Assembly (NCBI GenBank): GCA_951406725.2
Contig: OX597822.1
Span: forward strand, 115,878,001-115,942,000
Source: Octopus vulgaris
Lineage: Eukaryota
Length of the DNA stretch: 64,000 bases
Direction: 5' to 3'
Below the pieces are notes generated by a model. The model did no database searches, was not told the DNA's origin, and saw only the letters and a program-made list of their open reading frames with translations. The position numbers were made by a program, and so were the translations under genes. This document shows positions 28,011 through 46,182 of the stretch, piece after piece (position 1 is the stretch's first letter; each line of letters begins with the position of its first letter).

Positions 28011-28566
28011 CGACGGTGGCGAGGAAGAAATTCAGATGAGAGAGAGAAGAGGAAGTGAAGGACGAAAGTAGAAGAGCTGTGAGGAATAATCACGGTCTAA
28101 AAAGAAGGGGGAAAAAAGGGACAGATTGAATATAATAGCATATTCCGTTTGCTCGGAAGGGAGAGATGGAATGAATAAACCAAAACAATGTAGAAATCCT
28201 GTCCTTTTTTCTTTTTTTCTTTTTAATCCAAGCACAACTGGAAGAAAGGACCCGAGCCAGGGTCAATTACCCTGGCCTCGAAATTCCGTCAAACACTGAC
28301 ATTTGAGCAGCACCCCTTCTTTTGGTCAAAACTTGCAACTGTTCTCCAGTAATTCCTAAATCGTATTTACCGTCTGTAGTAGAACTCGTTGAGACAGCAA
28401 AGAGTTTAGGCAAAAAGGAGTACCACATTTAAGAGCCTTTTCCGTGCTTAGTTTAGGTATTGCTGAAATTGCGAAGGGGTCAACTCTGCCTTTCATTGGT
28501 TAGGGGCAGCGTGGAAATTCTATACCAAGTTACGTTATAAGAACCTACGATATAAGGACTGTGGCG

Positions 28567-28597
<31 letters not shown>

Positions 28598-28993
28598 GAC
28601 TTTGCCGTTCATCCTTTCGGGTTCGATGAAATAAGTGCCAGTCGAGTCGTGTGGTCGATGTACACGACTCGACCCCTTGCCTTAACACAAATGATCGTCT
28701 GAGAAGTGTTTGGGAATACGAAAGAGGAGAGACAGGGTGCGTGGATGAGAACGAAGAGAACAGAACAAAACAAAAAAAGACAATGCTATCTGCTTACCAT
28801 CTCCCTTCCCCCTCCCCACACACACACAATACTCGGGTACGTAGAAACGGAGAGGGGTGAAATGAGAGAGAATCTCAGTGAAGGTAGAAGTTAATAAGAG
28901 ATAGTAATAGGCAAAGAAGTCCTGACGAAAGAGAGAGAGAGACGGGGGAAGGTTGATAAAGAAGTTGGTAAATAAAAGAGAGAGAGTACTTAC

Positions 28994-30150
28994 CCCCTAA
29001 AAGGATGACAAGGACAACGTCGGTTGTTAGTACTAGAATAGTCCGCTTATTTGTTAGTGTCGGTGTTTTAGTTGTTTGCCGCTGCAACCGCTGCTAAAAA
29101 CCGAGATAGCGTTCAGCGCTTACAAAAACGGGGGACGAAATCCAAAAACGGATCGAAGCAGAGTTGGCAATGTGCAAGAAAGCATGACTCGTACGCTGGT
29201 GCGTGTGTGTTGTAATTTCCTCCTCTATGTGTGCGTGTGCGAGTCTGTTGGCTCATCGGCGAGCGAAGTACCTGTTCTTTTGCTACAGTAGGCTTGTATG
29301 TGGTCTAGCGGGAATTGACTAGAAATTGTTATATATTTACACACGCATTAACACTCACACAAACGGACAGCAGAAAGACAGGCTAGTAAGGTGCGCTGTG
29401 TGTGTGTGTAAGCAAAGTGGTGGTGGTTTACTATTGACAACTCCGACACAGCATGGAACGACGACGGGAACAACAACAATATTAATAATAATGAAAATGA
29501 GGTTCAGTGATGCGTTGGGCTGACTTTGGGTAAACTGTAACCCGTTTCCTCATCAGAAAGTAAGGTGCATCGAGCCATGACAGCTGTATATCCGCCATCA
29601 TCATCGTCATCGTCAGTGGAGGGTGACAATCGCCGGTCAAGCAACACTGCTGTAGCGGACAAGGTCAACAGTGCGTTTCCAACTAATGCACATGTATGGC
29701 CACACAAACACACACGCTGCTTCAGAGTGAAAGGGTGAGGCAAGAGAGAGATCGTTAACGCGCTCCTGGTTCCGTCAGTTCTTCTCTCGACTAAAACACA
29801 AGTCACCTGGTTTACGGGGATAAACCTGATCGAGTTCTTGTAGCGCGACCCTGGCACTGAGACGAAGAGAAAATGACCGTGGGAATCGAGGACCGATGTA
29901 GATCCGACCAAGTAGTATTAATGGCTGCAGTGAGAGAGCGCGATCCGCTGTGCAGTTCTGCTGTAAGTGTTATCTGTGTCAACGCCATATGCATCAGTTA
30001 TGTTTAGTGGAGGGAAGAGGCCACGAACTGCTACAAGAGAAGTCTTGCACCAGCTGGATAAACAAGCCAGCCATTCTCTGTGTCATGCTCCAGCACTTAC
30101 AGCTAAGGGAGTGCCAACAGCTGATAGACACGGATAATATACTACACACA
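28994..30150 (-). promoter_or_regulatory. Candidate CpG-rich first exon/5' region of a minus-strand transcript (non-coding as far as visible)
   Basis: Unique, GC/CpG-rich sequence ends on the minus strand at GGG|GTAAGT (acttac 28988-28993). CpG-depleted DNA lies further downstream (<24 kb). No convincing ORF. Confidence 0.3.
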
Positions 30151-30429
30151 CACACACACACACTAAACCTATTTCGCCATACACACATACATGCATAGAT
30201 ATTAGCCAAAAGAACTATACACACACACACATATACAACCGAAGCAACCAATCCGACACACAGACACACTATTTAACTAGACACATATGCTTCAACTAAG
30301 CAAGCAGTCAGGTTCGCGTGTGCACACACACACATACACGAATTAAGGAAGCAACCAGTCATGTACACACACACACACACACAGACACACAGACAAATAC
30401 AGTTTTTAATCAAACAACCAGTGAGATAA

Positions 30430-30466
<37 letters not shown>

Positions 30467-30810
30467 CGTTTAGCCAAGCAACCAGTCAGCCACACACAAA
30501 ACGTATTTAGCCAAGCAGTCAGTCATTCTTCCCCCTCCGCCCTCGTCTCTCCCACCACACAGATTACGTCGCCTACAAGACAATAAGGTGGAGGGAAGGA
30601 GGAAGGGGAGGCGGTGGTGCTAACCAAATATTGCAAGACAAAACATTCTCTTCTTTCAGAGAGATATCCAAACCACAACGACAAGCAGCATTCCTTCAAA
30701 AACAAAAAAATCCCAAACGAAAATCTGCCCTTACTACTATTACTACTACGCTTCACAAGAATGATTCCACATTTCATGGAGATACGTGAGCGCATCGTGT
30801 ATGTGTTATA

Positions 30811-30876
<66 letters not shown>

Positions 30877-31214
30877 ATTTGTTAGCGAGGAGCTTCGAAG
30901 AGCAGAGCGTAGGCTCCGGCAGGTCGCGTCTTCGAACCGATTTCACTTTCAGCTTGGAACTATTTTCTTTCGTCATCTTTAGTTAATGCTCTCCAAACAT
31001 GAACTTTCCTCTAACCAGTTCCTTCAACCGTAACTATGATGAATCATTATTGTGTAAGAAGAGATGTTCGTGCACTTTGGCCCTACCGATGCGGTTTTGG
31101 TTCCTGGTTGACTAGATTTACATTTCACTTACGTTATTGAAAACCGTTAGGAAAAAAAAGTTTTTATTTTATGGCGATTTTTTTAAAAATAAATTTATGT
31201 CGTTACGTATTTAA

Positions 31215-31430
31215 CACAAAGTGATATAATTTCTAACACACACACGGACCACAAATTTGGGGAAGTAAACAGTCCATTAAATCGACCCCGATACTTTACT
31301 GATACATTAATTTCATCGACCCCAGAAAGGTGAAAGGCGAAGTTGACCTCGGCGGAATTTGAACTCTGACGTGAAGAGCTGTAGCTAAAATACCACAAGG
31401 CCATTTTTTTATCCGACGCTTAAACGATTC
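31215..31430 (-). mobile_element. SINE family C
   Basis: atcgaccccagaaaggtgaaaggcgaagttgacctcggcggaatttgaactc, with CpGs retained. Confidence 0.75.
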
Positions 31431-33869
31431 TTATGAGAGAAATATTAAAAAGAATGTGAGTAGCCAGTGGGACTCGAGCCCTCACTTATCCCCTTTTGAT
31501 GCTTCGATGTGCAATTTTCGTGTGAGTACGTTTCTCTTTGTTTAAAAGTGTAAACACACATTGTTACCCCATTCATTCAAGATTAACCTACAATATTTAA
31601 TAGCCTTGTGTGTGTGTATTAGTCTCTCTCTCTCTCTCTTTCTTTCGCTCGTTATATGTTTATATAGATACATATATATATATTAGGTGGTAGGTTTAAT
31701 TCGCCGCCCGATTTAACACCACCGCTTGAGTGTTACAAGCATTCGGCTTAAGCCTCCGACCTCCCTCCTATTAGTCACGGAGGATTTTGTATAGGGTCAT
31801 GGGTTCTGCCTCCCTTCCTGTCTAAAGGAAAGAAGGCAGGAGACAGACAGACAGATAGATAGACAGATGGATAGATATGGCAGATTTTGGGGAGCAGTTA
31901 GACGACAGAGTGTCAGGCTACCGCCTGTGTTATGAAGTAAGGGGGTTCAATGATCGAATGAAAACACAGACTTAACCCACTGCGCATGTACTTGTTACTC
32001 AAAACAATCTCAACATTCGATAGATGCCAGTGTCAAGAAGCCGATGTCGGGGAACCTGTACTCCTATTGATAACACATCACATGGTAAAGTGGACGTTAT
32101 AAACACGAGTCTACGCAGGTTCGATCCCACTAAGGTTTATATACCTATTTTCTTATATAAAGTACTTTTGTATTCAAGCTCGTTATGCAGAGTCTAAAAT
32201 GTAAACACGTTTTCACCGCGAAGCTTCGACTGAATTAAATTCTTTTTTTCTTTTTGTTCTTGTTATTTCGAAATACGTCGGAACTGATTAAGAAATATTA
32301 ACGAAGCAGTGTATTATTGCTTTTTTTGACTTTGTTATTTGGTTGTTGTTGTTTTTTTTTTCGTGTGGTAAGTGAACACCCATGTGGCTACGCTCTGGGC
32401 AAACTAAACGATCGCCCAAGGCGCCCAAATAGCTCAAATTCTGAAAAACTCAGGCAAAATTTCTTAATCCGACTAAAACTCAATAACAAAACAGAGCAGG
32501 TGCAGTTCCCCTCGGAACAGAAAGAAGGCTCAGGGTTGAAAGGAGAGGGTGGTTTTAGGGACTAAGGAACATTCCAAATTACGCTAAAGAAAGATTTACT
32601 CACATGTATGATCAGGATACTATAAATTTCTCGTTTGTATGATGATAATTTTTCCACTGCATTTTTCAGTTTGTAAAGAGGGTGATGGTTGTAACAGATA
32701 AATAAATAAATAAACGGAGAACAGGACACACTGATGTCGTTGGCCGAAAGGCACTGTATGTCCTGGTTCCGCTTAGCTTTCGGAAAATCAACTCCTCAAC
32801 CCTGGCGGTTTTAACATAATTCCAAGAAACACACGCTCTCGGAAACGATACGAACGTCATGTCTGGACTTCATCTATAAATAAGAAATGCCTGGTTGACA
32901 AGACCGATTCATAGCCACGCTATATACGCCATTCCGGCTAGTGTTTTACAGTTCGCTATTTCAATTCTATAGACATTACCTTTATTGTTTATGTTTCCAG
33001 GAACCAATACAACAACTTTCGATCCATCTTGTCTTGCAAAAATGGTCTTACAAGGTCAACTGTTGACAGACGAGGCTGAGTCTGTTGCATCGACAAAGAA
33101 CACAAGTGGCACAAATAAGAAAACTGTTGCTATTTGGACACGAGACCAAGGGGGAAGAAATTTAATTGTTAGAGTGCATTTAATCTGGCCACCTTACAAT
33201 GAAACAAAAATGAAGGGTGAGTTTCGGGTGGGGGGCTTTAATCATTATATAAGTATACAATAAAAAAAACTCTGGGAAAGATATGCCATTACCAAATATT
33301 TATTTATTGTCATTATTGAGAAAGGCCATTTCTGTCATCGTCACAACTATTAATTGCCAATTCTTGAAAAAGACATGAATGTCACAATTTCCCTATTTCT
33401 TCTCTTTTAAACCCGCCAGGACTCCATGCATAACAAAATAATTACTCTAATTGAATGATTGATCGATGATAATGATGACGAACGAGTGAAACAAAATTAT
33501 CAGAAAATTACCGAGCTTTTAACTTGACAGTAAAACTGGAGATGCTACTGCCTCTCTGCTTCATTAGTTTATGAGAGAGAGAGAGAGAGAGTGCAAATTT
33601 TTAATTGATTTCCAAAGATACAAACAATTGGAAGCAAGAGAAAAAGTGTTTAACACAAATATCGATCCTAATGTGACTGAATGACCCTAGTTGATGATGG
33701 CATCCGTAATCACAGTTGACTGGGCAGAACATCACATACTGAAGCCTTTTGCCATCGCGGATGGTCGGCTTTAATATACCATAAATGTCGCCATCAACAC
33801 ATCTTCCTTGACACTCTTTGCAATCTCATCAGCGTTATCAAATATTTCATTATACCATGTTTGATAATA

Positions 33870-34530
33870 TTAGCTAAAAATTTGGGCACAAGGCCAGCAA
33901 TTTCAGGGGTGGCGGGTAAGTCGATTACATGAACCCCAGTGCTCAACTGGTACTTACTTTAGCAATCTCAAAAGGATGAAAGACAAAGTCAGCCTCGGCG
34001 GAATTTGAACTCAGAACGAAAAGACGGACGAAATGTCGGATAGTGTTTTGCCCGGTCTGCTAACGATTCTGCCAGCCCACTGCCTTACTATGACATGTTT
34101 GGTAATATTGATTTCAAATTCTGACACCAAGGCCAGCCATTTCGATTACATTGCACCCAGTGTTCAACTGGTACTTAATTCATCGACTCCAAAGGATAAA
34201 AGGTTATGTCGACCTCATCAGAATTTGAATTCAGAACGTAAAGAGCCGGAAAAAATGTCGCTAAGCATTTTCTCCGGCGTGCTAACAATTCTGCTAGCTA
34301 GCCGCCTCCTAAAGAGTTTCTCCAGTTTAAAAACAAAGCCAACGATTTTCTTTTCCTTTTTTTCTTTTCCCTTTTTTAAAGAGATAGACTACTCGATTAC
34401 ACTGACCCCCCCCCCCCAGCTCTTTACTGGGACTTTATTTTATCAACTCCGGAGCGATGAAAGGCAAAGCTGAGCTCGGTGGATTCGAACTTAGAATATA
34501 AAGGAGCCGAAAGCAATACCACGCGGCAAT
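33870..34530 (-). mobile_element. Cluster of three SINE family C copies
   Basis: Repeated actggtact...ggatgaaag.caaag...cggaatttgaactcagaacg at ~33950-34020, ~34170-34240 and ~34425-34500. Confidence 0.8.
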
Positions 34531-34921
34531 TTCTTCTACAAGAGTGGACAGATGAGTGGACAAATTACAAAAACAATAGGTGAAGGTTGCAGAATCGGTT
34601 GTGGAAAGAAACTAACGGAGAAAACTAAAGGGTACAAAGGGGCTGGAATGAGACCTCCCGAAAGGGATGGCAGTCACAGAACACCGCTGAAAGAACTGCA
34701 CATATCCAGGATTACTTTGACTCCAAATTGCAAGTGTCCCCTCCAAGCAGCATTCTTCGGTTTTAAAGCTGCATGGCGAAGAATAGCAAGCACCAGTAGG
34801 CACATCTGAGCCATTCTCACCAACTTTTCAGTAAATTTGAGTCTTGGCCGAAGAGGCACAAGTCTATCTTTAGCCTTTCAAATGTGTCAACATTCACTCG
34901 CTAGTGTCATATTCACTTGAC

Positions 34922-35182
34922 CAGTGGTTGTCAACCGGGGCCAATATGGCCCTTGGCGGTCCATATAAGAGTTGTTGTTGAGTCTTTTGTGCAATAAATT
35001 GATTACACTCCTACAATACACAAAATATTCTAACAACTTTTTTCTTAAACAATTCCTAATAATATTTAATTCTAAAAACATAATAGGACTTTTCAAACAC
35101 CAAAGAACTGAGGGGTCAGTGGAGTAAAACAGGAATCAAAGGAATTTAGAAGTAAAAAAAAAGAAATGGTTGAGCAGCACTG
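34922..35182. mobile_element. hAT-type MITE
   Basis: TIRs are cagtggttgtcaacc / ggttgagcagcactg. The 8-bp flanks cacttgac / cacgagac match at 6/8. Confidence 0.7.
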
Positions 35183-35520
35183 CACGAGACAGTGAAAATG
35201 TACCCGTCCTTTTTGGTTATATGAGGGTAACAGGGCGATCCTTATGAGGGACAGGAATGATCACCGAGATTCGTCCTACATGAGACAAACAACGGTTCAA
35301 CGTAATTCTACGGGTCAGCAATGCTCATATCGAGTGCACATCACAACATTCCAAATGCCAGGCGCTCAATCTTGGGTTTCGTTGGACCGAAGACTGCAGC
35401 TCCTACAAAAAGACGAGCTGCAAGAAAAACGTACCTCCCAAACGGCGACCACGCTGATTTCTGACACTGGAAGTCGGCAACAATTTTATAGGAAGAGTAT
35501 GATCAATTAAGTCGACCTCA

Positions 35521-35668
<148 letters not shown>

Positions 35669-35740
35669 TGTATTATTATTAATATATAAACCCCAAAAGA
35701 GTTGACACCGACAGGATTTGAACTCAGGACATAAAGAGAC

Positions 35741-39478
<3,738 letters not shown>

Positions 39479-39679
39479 TTCTAACGGGACAATCAATGGT
39501 CTGCTGCACATCTGGCGGCAATATATAAGGGAGTGTTTGTAACTAGGTGCAAAACAAATATCCCAAGAGAGTTTGTCCTTAGATCAGTAGTTTTTCGCTT
39601 CTCTCTACTGTGTATAACTTTCGTCTATATACTTCTGGAAAAGATATACATACACACACACACACACCGTCAAATATAT

Positions 39680-39722
<43 letters not shown>

Positions 39723-40090
39723 TACAACCGTCAGTAGTGAAGAAGTATGACTTGGTAACATGTACCATGCTTTTGATGATTGTTTTCGGTTCCTATATAA
39801 TAGCGAACAGATGTAAATACCCACTCAGCCCCAAAACCCTTGACCAAGTGGAACATCCACAATGTGACACCCGGATAGAGAGAGAGGCGGGGAGAGGAGA
39901 GAGAGAGAGACAGACAGACATATGTACTAGCAAATGGCTAGTACTCATTTTCAGTTAAGTAGACTTGAGCAAGCTGAAATGCCTTACCCCAAAACACAAC
40001 CACCACCCGATTCAGGAACTGGACACACAATCTTATTGTCATGAGCCGAACATCTTAACCACTAGATTTTGCGCCTTCATTATAAGTGTA

Positions 40091-40129
<39 letters not shown>

Positions 40130-41697
40130 CGGACTCCTGCAAAATTTCCATAAACCAAATTCTTCGCACAAATTCAGCTCACGATTAAGGTACAAGACAC
40201 AAGCTAAAGGTTCCGTACATTTGGATCCAAAGGGGAACCATACGATTACAAAGTCATTTGTGTTAACCATAAACCTATGACCGCAATATGGAAGTGTTTC
40301 TAGAAACAATAATGACAGAGGAATACCATAGAAAGAGACAAAAATGCAAAATGGTATAAATTGTGGAAGAGAATCTTTTGACCACCCGACATTAATTGAT
40401 GATTATAAATCTGTGCAGAAAAATATTAAAGTAGTACAAACTTAGAAAATCAAATGAAAATGGAATTTATTTCTTAAAGGTCTTTGTTAACACTTCGATC
40501 TCTTAACTTATCTATTATTGAAGAGAGTCAGACAAATCGATCCAAGGAAATTGTTTGAGCATTTGTACATCTATAATACTATATTAGGTGGTCAGATTAG
40601 AAATGTAGCGATTTTTTGTTTGTTTGTTTTTGTTTGTTTTCGTTTACTGCCTAAACAAAATACGAACAGAAATAAGGGGATACAGAAAGCAAGCCTCCCA
40701 CCCCATCCCCTTGTAATACTTCTGTTATACAAAGGAATCCTTAAATGAACGAACGTAATTTTAATGTTTTTTCCTCGGTGCACGAGGTTTCTCCATGACT
40801 GATACCACGAATATTTAAACAACGATGATAATTCGGATTGTCAACACAGACACGATGACCCCTAATTTATCGAGTTTGGGCGGATGAAGTGTAATGTTGA
40901 TCCCGGTGAGAATTTGAACTCGGAACGCAAAAGGATGTAAACCCTCATGTCCGGTATTCTACTGGTTCTGCCATCCGAAGCCTGCTCTAGCCGCCTTCTC
41001 CCGTTTAATGAACATCTTAATAACCTTCTTTCTCTTGCAAGTAATGTATTCGCTAAAGAAGCTGCAAAGCGTTGTTCTCTCTTTCCTTTTACACACCAAA
41101 CGCACATTGATCCGTGATTATTGAGGGACGCATATTCCCGTTGCCAGACGTGTTTCTTCATCAAATTTTGAAAATTTGAACCTGTACCTCCCATACAACT
41201 GATATATGTCTGTGTGTATGTATGTGTGTGTATGTGTGTGTGTGTGTGTGTACACGTAATTCATTGAGATTGGTGGTACTTAGCATATGACCAACAGTCC
41301 AGTTGTGAACAAACGAGGATTGCTGAAGGTGAATCGCAAGAATGCATTCGAAATGTGTTCCATTCTGCTCAGGAGAGAATAGAGAATGGTTTACATAAGA
41401 CCCTAGCAACGCTCGGACACAGACATACATTAATGCCAATCATAAACGAGAAAACTGAGCTCGCTCGCCCTTCAGCACAATATTGAAAATTAATCAGCGA
41501 ACAATGCACACCTCGGGACAGATAAGGTGTCTTATCGCTTTTCTTTGAGATGGCTTCACCGGGTACTCGTGTAATTAACATTTCGACATCTTCAAGATTT
41601 AAAGTGTACCGGCTGCAGCATAAATATTTACCCAGAGAATTTTTAGGTTTTGGTTAATGAAAGGTTACAGGTTGTTTATTGACAATATTTTGCATAT

Positions 41698-42090
41698 AGG
41701 CGCAGGAGTGGCTGCGTGGTAAGAAGCTTGCTTCTCAACCACATAGTTCCGGGTTTAATTCCACTGCGTGGCACCTTGGGTAGGTGTCCTCTACTATAGC
41801 CTCGGGCCGATCAAAGCCTTGTAAGTGGATTTAGTAGACGTAAACTGAAAGAAGACCGTTGTGTGTGTGTGTGTGTGTGTTTATGTATATTTGTGTGTCT
41901 GTGTTTGTCCCCCCACCATCGCTTGGCAACCGATGTTGGTGTGTTTAGCGCCCTGACTTAACGGTTCGGCAAAAAGGGTTGATAGAATAAGTACTAGGCT
42001 TACAAAGAATAAGTCTTGGGATCGATTTGTTCGACTAAAGGCGGTGCTCCAGTATGGCCGCAGTCAAATGACTAAAACAAGCAAAAGAAT
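41698..42090 (+). mobile_element. SINE family A, full length, CpGs largely intact
   Basis: ggcgcaggagtggctgcgtggtaag...ccgggtttaattccactgcgtggcaccttggg...(GT)n...ggcggtgctccagtatggccgcagtcaaatgactaaaacaag. Confidence 0.9.
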
Positions 42091-42214
42091 ATATTTACAA
42101 TTCAAAATAACTACCCTCCGGTTTCACTCTTTTTTCAACTGAAGTTTGAATAAGGGTTAAAATGTATATGCCGTACCCGGTAATTATATAACATAGTAAA
42201 AAAAAAAACTAAAA

Positions 42215-42890
42215 TGGTTCTGAGTTCAGTTCCACTGCGTGTCACCTTGAGCAAGCATGTTCAATTATAATCCCGGTTCGACCAAAGTGTTGTGAGTGAA
42301 CCTGGTGGACGGAAACTGAAAGAAGCCATCGTGCATATATTATTTTGTGTCTGTGTGTGTGTTTCAGTTATTAGACTGCTGTCATGCTGGGATACCATCT
42401 TGAAGAATTTTTTTCAAGTTACGGGGACGTAAACACACGAACAGCGGTTGCTAAGCGGTGGTGGGTGACAAACACGAATACACACACGGTGGACTTCTTT
42501 CAGTTTCCATTTACCAAATCCACTCACAAGGCTTTGGCAAGCTCGAGGCTATAGTAGAAGACACTTGCCCTAGGTGCCATGCAGTGGGACTGAACCCGGA
42601 GCCATGTGGTTGGGAAGTAAGCGTCTTACCACACAGCCACAGCTATATATATAAGGTAAAGAATGACCATGGAATTGCCTCTCCAAGGCAAAAGTCCGGG
42701 CAAGGTTGTTTATAGAAAACCAGCAGTCGCCCATGCATACCGACGTCGCAACTCATTTCTACAGATGAGTGAATTGGAGCAATGTGAAATAAGTGACTTG
42801 CTCAAGAATACAACACATAGCCCGGTCCGGGAATCGAACTCACCACCTCATGATTGTGAGCCCGACGCTCTAACCACTGAGCCATACGCG
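42215..42890. mobile_element. SINE cluster: family A fragments (+ and -) and family E (-)
   Basis: Family A head fragment at ~42215-42330 (+), family A at ~42360-42640 (-), and family E at ~42665-42890 (-; gaatcgaactcacc...ctctaaccactgagccatacgc). Confidence 0.75.
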
Positions 42891-43799
42891 TGTGTGTGCA
42901 TATGAATTTAAAATGCTATGTAAATGCAAAAACTTAAGACTACACAACTGCACATGCGTGTGCATCTGTGTAGTAATAGAGTTCAGCAACAATTACTTCG
43001 AGTATACAACCAAAATCGTGAAAAGAATTTACACACAAAACGCAAAAAGCGCTCAATACCGAAGTTGAGTATAACCGTTTAATATGGTTAAGATTATTCT
43101 CTGATCCTACTCCGAGTTTCGCGATTCCTCCGTTAATCATGCAACGTTGGAGTAATCAGCAAAAAAGTCACCAAACTTGGAATAGCAACACAAAGCAACC
43201 CCAGCACTACAATGTAGAACATTTGAAGTTTCGGATTAGGCACCTCATACGTCAAGGGGAAGTGTCTGTGTGTGTGTGTGTGTGTGTGTCTCTCTCTCTC
43301 TTTCTCTCTCCTGCCCCAAAACATACCTGTGTCCCATTCGAAGGAAATTACAACTCTGAAGATATATTTCTTAAAAGCTTGCAAAACTTGCAGTTTTTAA
43401 AAAACCAATATTTGCCCTCACCCTTATCTACTTCCGTAATTTTTCCGTTTCCCATGAGGTGTGAGGCACCCATTGTGAAACTTTGGCGAATATTTATAAA
43501 TATTAAATCGAAACAAAGACATTTATCTGTTGTTAGTTCTTTAATGACAATCGCTTGTTCTGAGCGAATCCTGATTGTATTGTTAAATAACCGTGAAAAC
43601 TGCCGGTTTGATCTTCATCCCAAGCTGCCAAAGAGAAGCTCGGGAGATTAAGTTTAGAGCGAGACTAAATACGCGTCGATAGATTGGTTAACATGCTGTT
43701 TATTGTTCTAAAATAGTGAAAGTAATTGATAAAAAGCGGAAGTAAATTGACCGCATAATTTCATGTAAACAATGTATGTGACATAATCAATGTAAACAA

Positions 43800-44745
43800 T
43801 GTAAACAACAGTCATTGATGCCCAAAATGAGATTAACGAATAAGTTTCTCATCGTTTCTAAATTTATTTCGCCACACATGCTCATGGAGAGACATGATGT
43901 AAACGAAGCACCGATATTGTCACTTGGGTTTCTTTTTGGTGAACATCTATCGCCCTTCTGTAGTCTCTCTGTATGGGATGTCGTCGTCATCGCTAAGATT
44001 ATCGAAATACAATGAATAATCGACAACTTGCTAGGACCCACACAGGAAAACCACCCCATCGGATATCAAACATCTTCCCAGCAATATTCAATGCCTTATA
44101 AGGGGGGGGGGGCAAAGTGTTTCGTGTGCGATCGGAGACCTCAACCAGGCAGCATTTTCCTGTAACTCTTTCCACTGTACGAAACACCCAACGCCCTTCA
44201 TGCCACTTCAGTGTTATTTCTATTGAATATATTTGGATTCGTCTGCTTCGACGGCAACAGCCCGTCCTGCACCATCCAATCCACCGAGTTTTTTGCAGTG
44301 AATGAGCTTCCAAGTGCTGCTCATGGACATCCGTGGGGAAAATGCACAAATGCACAGGCATTGTGTTATTTACTGCTTGCTTATTAATCGTTTCGTTCTG
44401 CTGTAGGTAGTCTCTTACATATACATTAGTTGAATCATTTTTTGGTAGAATCAAATGATTCTTCTCAAAAGAAGGAGTTGGCTCAAATAGCTCAATTGAA
44501 TCGACAGGAACAACGCCTCCCGTCGACTCACAACAGCTCAATAACCGTGCGTCAACTGGCAAGTCGCCGAATTGCCTTCTCAGCAGCGATTGTTGCTGGG
44601 TATAATACACTGGGATGATGTACCTCAGCTGCTATTTCTGAAATATTTAGCATATCACTGGAAGCTACTATACAAGTTGGTGCTTGTGGATGGGACATAA
44701 TGAAGGAGTTCTTTATGTTCTTTCTCCCGCAATATATTTTCACTT
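43800..44745 (-). pseudogene. Decayed Merlin (IS1016/IS1595-like DDE) transposase
   Basis: Across frameshifts the motifs are VAVEADESKY (~44232-44258), EGRWVFRTVERVTGKCCLVEVSDRTRNTL (~44115-44200), ISDG (~44055-44066), HEHVWRNKF (~43860-43886) and NLFVNLILGI. Order and content match the Merlin motifs VEIDESKF, WVFGGVER.TGKCFLVEV.DR, SDGW and EFMWR. TIRs were not found. Confidence 0.8.
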
Positions 44746-45392
44746 AGAACGGTTTTTTTAGGGACACTGAACTACACGATAACCGATATATATTTATGGA
44801 TCTGTAAACCCGTACACACTGTAAATTATTTCCCAGTTGTCGACCTCGTATATGCATGTAAATGACTCGTGTCAAGGCAATAATTGTTTACATTTCAGTT
44901 AATTAGATCCTCTCCATCGCCTACATTAAATATGATGGTTATTATAATCGGTTACCTGGGAGAGAGGTGAGCAGAACAGGATAGTACTAATTAAAACGGG
45001 TGGGTTAGCGCTTCGATCCACACGGCCCAAAACTGCTATCGTGATGTTTATAACAAGAGCAGCGTCAGAAGCAAATTAAATCCGATGTTTAGGTTTGCTT
45101 CCATATCAAAATCTAAGACCACACTGGCAGACCGTTTCCAAATGAATAGCTTCGTGTTTTGGATAATCGAGTGAAGTTATACTTGACAAGAGAAGAAAAA
45201 AGATTTCACAAGTATTTACCAACAACAGATTTAAAATAAAGTTTATGAGAAGAAAATGGAATAGAAAAATCAACGAAATATGAATAGAAAGGAGCGTCAT
45301 TCGTTAGAAAGATATTTTTTTATTGTGCGATTGTTGGTGCTTTTGTGGTCCATCACACAACTTTTAGTATCTGTGTGTAAATGTGGAAGAAG

Positions 45393-45690
45393 GTGTGTGT
45401 GTGTGTGAGAGAGTGTGTGTGTGTGTATGTGTGTGAGAGAGAGAGTGTGTGTGTGTGTATGTGTGTGAGAGAGAGAGTGTGTGTGTGTGTATGTGTGTGA
45501 GAGAGAGAGTGAGTGTGTGTGAGACAGAGTGTGTGTGTGTGTGTGAGAGAGAGAGTGTGTGTGTGAGAGAGAGAGAGAGAGTGTGTGTGTGAGAGAGAGA
45601 GAGTGTGTGTGTGAGAGAGAGAGAGTGTGTGTGAGTGAGAGAGTGACTGAGTGTGTGTGAGAGAGAGAGAGAGAGAGATAGAGTGTGTGT
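45393..45690. repeat. Compound (GT)n/(GA)n micro/minisatellite
   Basis: Alternating gtgtgt and gagaga blocks, directly visible. Confidence 0.95.
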
Positions 45691-46182
45691 GATGAATTTG
45701 CTGAGGTCATCAAGATCATTTCTGAAATCCGGTCAGGATCGAAGGGAGATAACTCGCCTACTCCTAAACCGTTCCTCAACATGTGTTGCCGACGACTCAC
45801 ACAACCTTTCAGCGCAACCCTTCTCGCTAAGCACTAATTAAATAAGTCGACACACACGCACGAGATGAAAAAATTTAGTGCACACACAGACAAAAATCTG
45901 GCTGAAGCTAGAGAACATTCTTCTATTAATATATCTTGCACAGCTAAAAGTTCGTTTTTCATTTCCACCCGATTCAATTCTCTTCCTGTTCACATTTCTA
46001 CCCGGAAGCAGAGAAACACCCCCAACACAAGTACCCGGGTTTATTAATTCGCTTTGCTAAATTATCACTTTAATAACACGAAAATTCAAATTCAAAGAAG
46101 AAATCATTAAAAACTCAATATTCGAATTATGAAATATAAAGTTCTTTGGGTTTTTTTTTAAAAAGAATTATCGGCGAAATTC

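Noticed and set aside
29504-29911. 135-aa minus-strand ORF as a CDS
   Set aside because: It has a non-ATG start and no recognisable motif, and its poly-D derives from a (GAT/GAC) repeat.
34033-34473. 146-aa ORF
   Set aside because: It lies almost entirely over antisense SINE family C copies.
43999-44610. Longest ORF (203 aa) as an intact gene
   Set aside because: The transposase motifs are scattered over different frames with stops, so it is a pseudogenised Merlin.
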